Shown: one piece after another, positions 62,303-64,000 of the stretch
Position numbering within the stretch: position 1 is the stretch's first letter
Layout: the number at the start of each line of letters is the position of its first letter
From: Scyliorhinus canicula
Lineage: Eukaryota
Assembly (NCBI RefSeq): GCF_902713615.1
Contig: NC_052163.1
Location: 23,012,248 to 23,076,247 of the forward strand
Length of the DNA: 64,000 nt
Direction of reading: 5' to 3'
Program-made: the position numbers and the translations under genes
Notes under the pieces: model-generated
Told to the model about the DNA's origin: nothing
Database searches by the model: none
The model's input: the letters and a program-made list of their open reading frames with translations, nothing else

Positions 62303-62466
62303 CTTGCATGATCTCAGCAGCAGCTTGCTTGTAATGGGTGGTGTGTAGTATCCATCAAAGACTGAATAATCGTCAGGAGCCAGATGTTTCCCTTTCGTCA
62401 GCTTTCCTTTATAGTTCATGGTGTAAAAATCATCATCATATCTAGCAAAACTAAAAACGCCCATCC
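62303..62466 (-). CDS. AMZ2: Archaemetzincin-2 internal coding exon (164 bp, phase 1-0)
   Basis: Minus-strand acceptor ttttacag|GG and donor AAG|gtgggt. Translates (G)MGVFSFARYDDDFYTMNYKGKLTKGKHLAPDDYSVFDGYYTPPITSKLLLRSCK, the AMZ-family G.FSFARY...LLLRSCK segment. Confidence 0.95.
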
Positions 62467-63038
62467 CTGTAAAAGATACGTACAAGCTTACACCAACCAT
62501 CATGTTTCAATAGTTTTTTACGCTCTGTACAAGTAAATCAAAATAATATCTACAACCAACTAATTCAAATTGAATATCTGTTCAAGTATATCTTAAGATT
62601 TCAAGGCAGCACAATTTAGGTGTCAAAATATTGAAAAATACTCAGATGATCAAATAAAATATACTCGCTTTCCACATAGTGGCAAAAATGTCACAATTCC
62701 CAGCTGTAGTGAATAGAACTAATGTTGAAATTGATTACAATTATATTCAACTGTGGCCTGAATTTGGTTCACTTTCCAATTTCATTCAAATTAGTGGAAA
62801 GTACCTCACTTAAAAAAGATGCTCCACCTCTTACCTTCGCCACCTAATCAACAGAGAGCCACATTTCACTGAGGTAGACTACATTAATAACGACCAGGCA
62901 TTTGTGGAAATTCATTGATTTGGTGGCATTATTCATGGAAATAAAACAGGCAGCACTGCCAGCCCTCAGCAAGAAAACGGTAGGTGGATATCAATCTCAG
63001 ATTTTCAGCAGAGCTCTTCTTCTCTCTAATTTAAACCT

Positions 63039-64000
63039 GATGGGGACTCTTCTTCCGAGGTAGTATGGGCTGAGGTTAGAAACAGGAAAGAAGAGGTCAC
63101 CCTGTTGGGAGTTTTCTATAGGCCACCTAATAGTTCTAGGGATATAGAGGAAAGGATGGCGAAGATGATTCTGGAAAAGAGCGAAAGTAACAGGGTAGTT
63201 GTTATGGGCGACTTTAACTTTCCAAATATTGACTGGAAAATATATAGTTCGAGTACATTAGATGGGTCATTCTTTGTACAATGTGTGCAGGAGGGTTTCC
63301 TGACACAATATGTTGACAGGCCAACAAGAGGCGAGGCCACATTGGATTTGGTTTTGGGTAATGAACCAGGCCAGGTGTTAGATCTGGAGGTAGGTGAGCA
63401 CTTTGGAGACAGTGACCACAATTCGGTGACCTTTACGTTAGTGATGGAAAGGGATAAGTATACCCCGCAGGGCAAGAGTTATAGCTGGGGGAAGGGCAAT
63501 TATGATGCCATTAGACATGACTTAGGATGTGTAGGTTGGAGAAGTAGGCTGCAAGGGTTGGGCACACTGGATATGTGGAGCTTGTTCAAGGAACAGCTAT
63601 TGCGTGTTCTTGATAAGTACGTACCAGTCAGGCAGGGAGGAAGGGTTCGAGCGAGGGAACCGTGGTTTACCAAAGAAGTGGAATCTCTTAAGAGGAAGAA
63701 GGAGGCCTATGTGAAGATGAGGCGTGAAGTTTCAGTTGGGGCGCTTGATAGTTACAAAGAAGCGAGGAAGGATCTAAAGAGAGAGCTAAGACGAGCAAGG
63801 AGGGGACATGAGAAGTCTTTGGCAGGTAGGATCAAGGAAAACCCAAAAGCTTTCTATAGGTATGTCAGGAATAAAAGAATGACTAGGGTAAGTGTAGGGC
63901 CAGTCAAGGACAGTGGTGGGAAGTTGTGTGTGGAGGCTGAGGAGATAAGCGAGATACTAAATGAATACTTTTCGTCAGTATTCACTCAGGAAAAAGATAA
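63039..64000 (+). mobile_element. Young 5'-truncated CR1 ORF2, frame open to window end
   Basis: ~320 uninterrupted codons: VWAEVRN..FYRPPNS..VVMGDFNFPNIDW..LDLVLGNE..GDSDHNSV..KENPKAFYRYV..LNEYFSSVFT. Confidence 0.93.

Overview
Eukaryotic, repeat-rich window from a cartilaginous fish. The HE1/V-SINEs, CR1, L1-like and Harbinger families and long G/C runs suggest a catshark-type shark; the species is an inference. Two host genes converge tail-to-tail: the last three coding exons of SLC16A6 (monocarboxylate transporter 7, + strand; 7303-7431, 17457-18269, 20699-21114) and the last three coding exons of AMZ2 (archaemetzincin-2, - strand; 62303-62466, 52783-52959, 43358-43495). All six exons have GT/AG boundaries in compatible phases. 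The rest is mostly nested transposable elements: CR1, L1-like, L2 and Penelope retroelements, several SINE families, a solo LTR, and Harbinger, hAT and Tigger-like DNA elements. Most notable observations: (1) a 3x78-bp coding repeat in the MCT7 C-terminal tail whose copies differ only at synonymous sites; (2) a V-SINE family with four alternative 3' tails, one showing L1-type insertion signatures; (3) decayed hammerhead-ribozyme motifs; (4) an unclassified TSD-less insert with split direct repeats; (5) a hairpin- and minisatellite-laden MITE. No prokaryote-type system (CRISPR, operon) is supported. All family assignments come from motif recognition, not database searches, and TE boundaries without TSDs are approximate.
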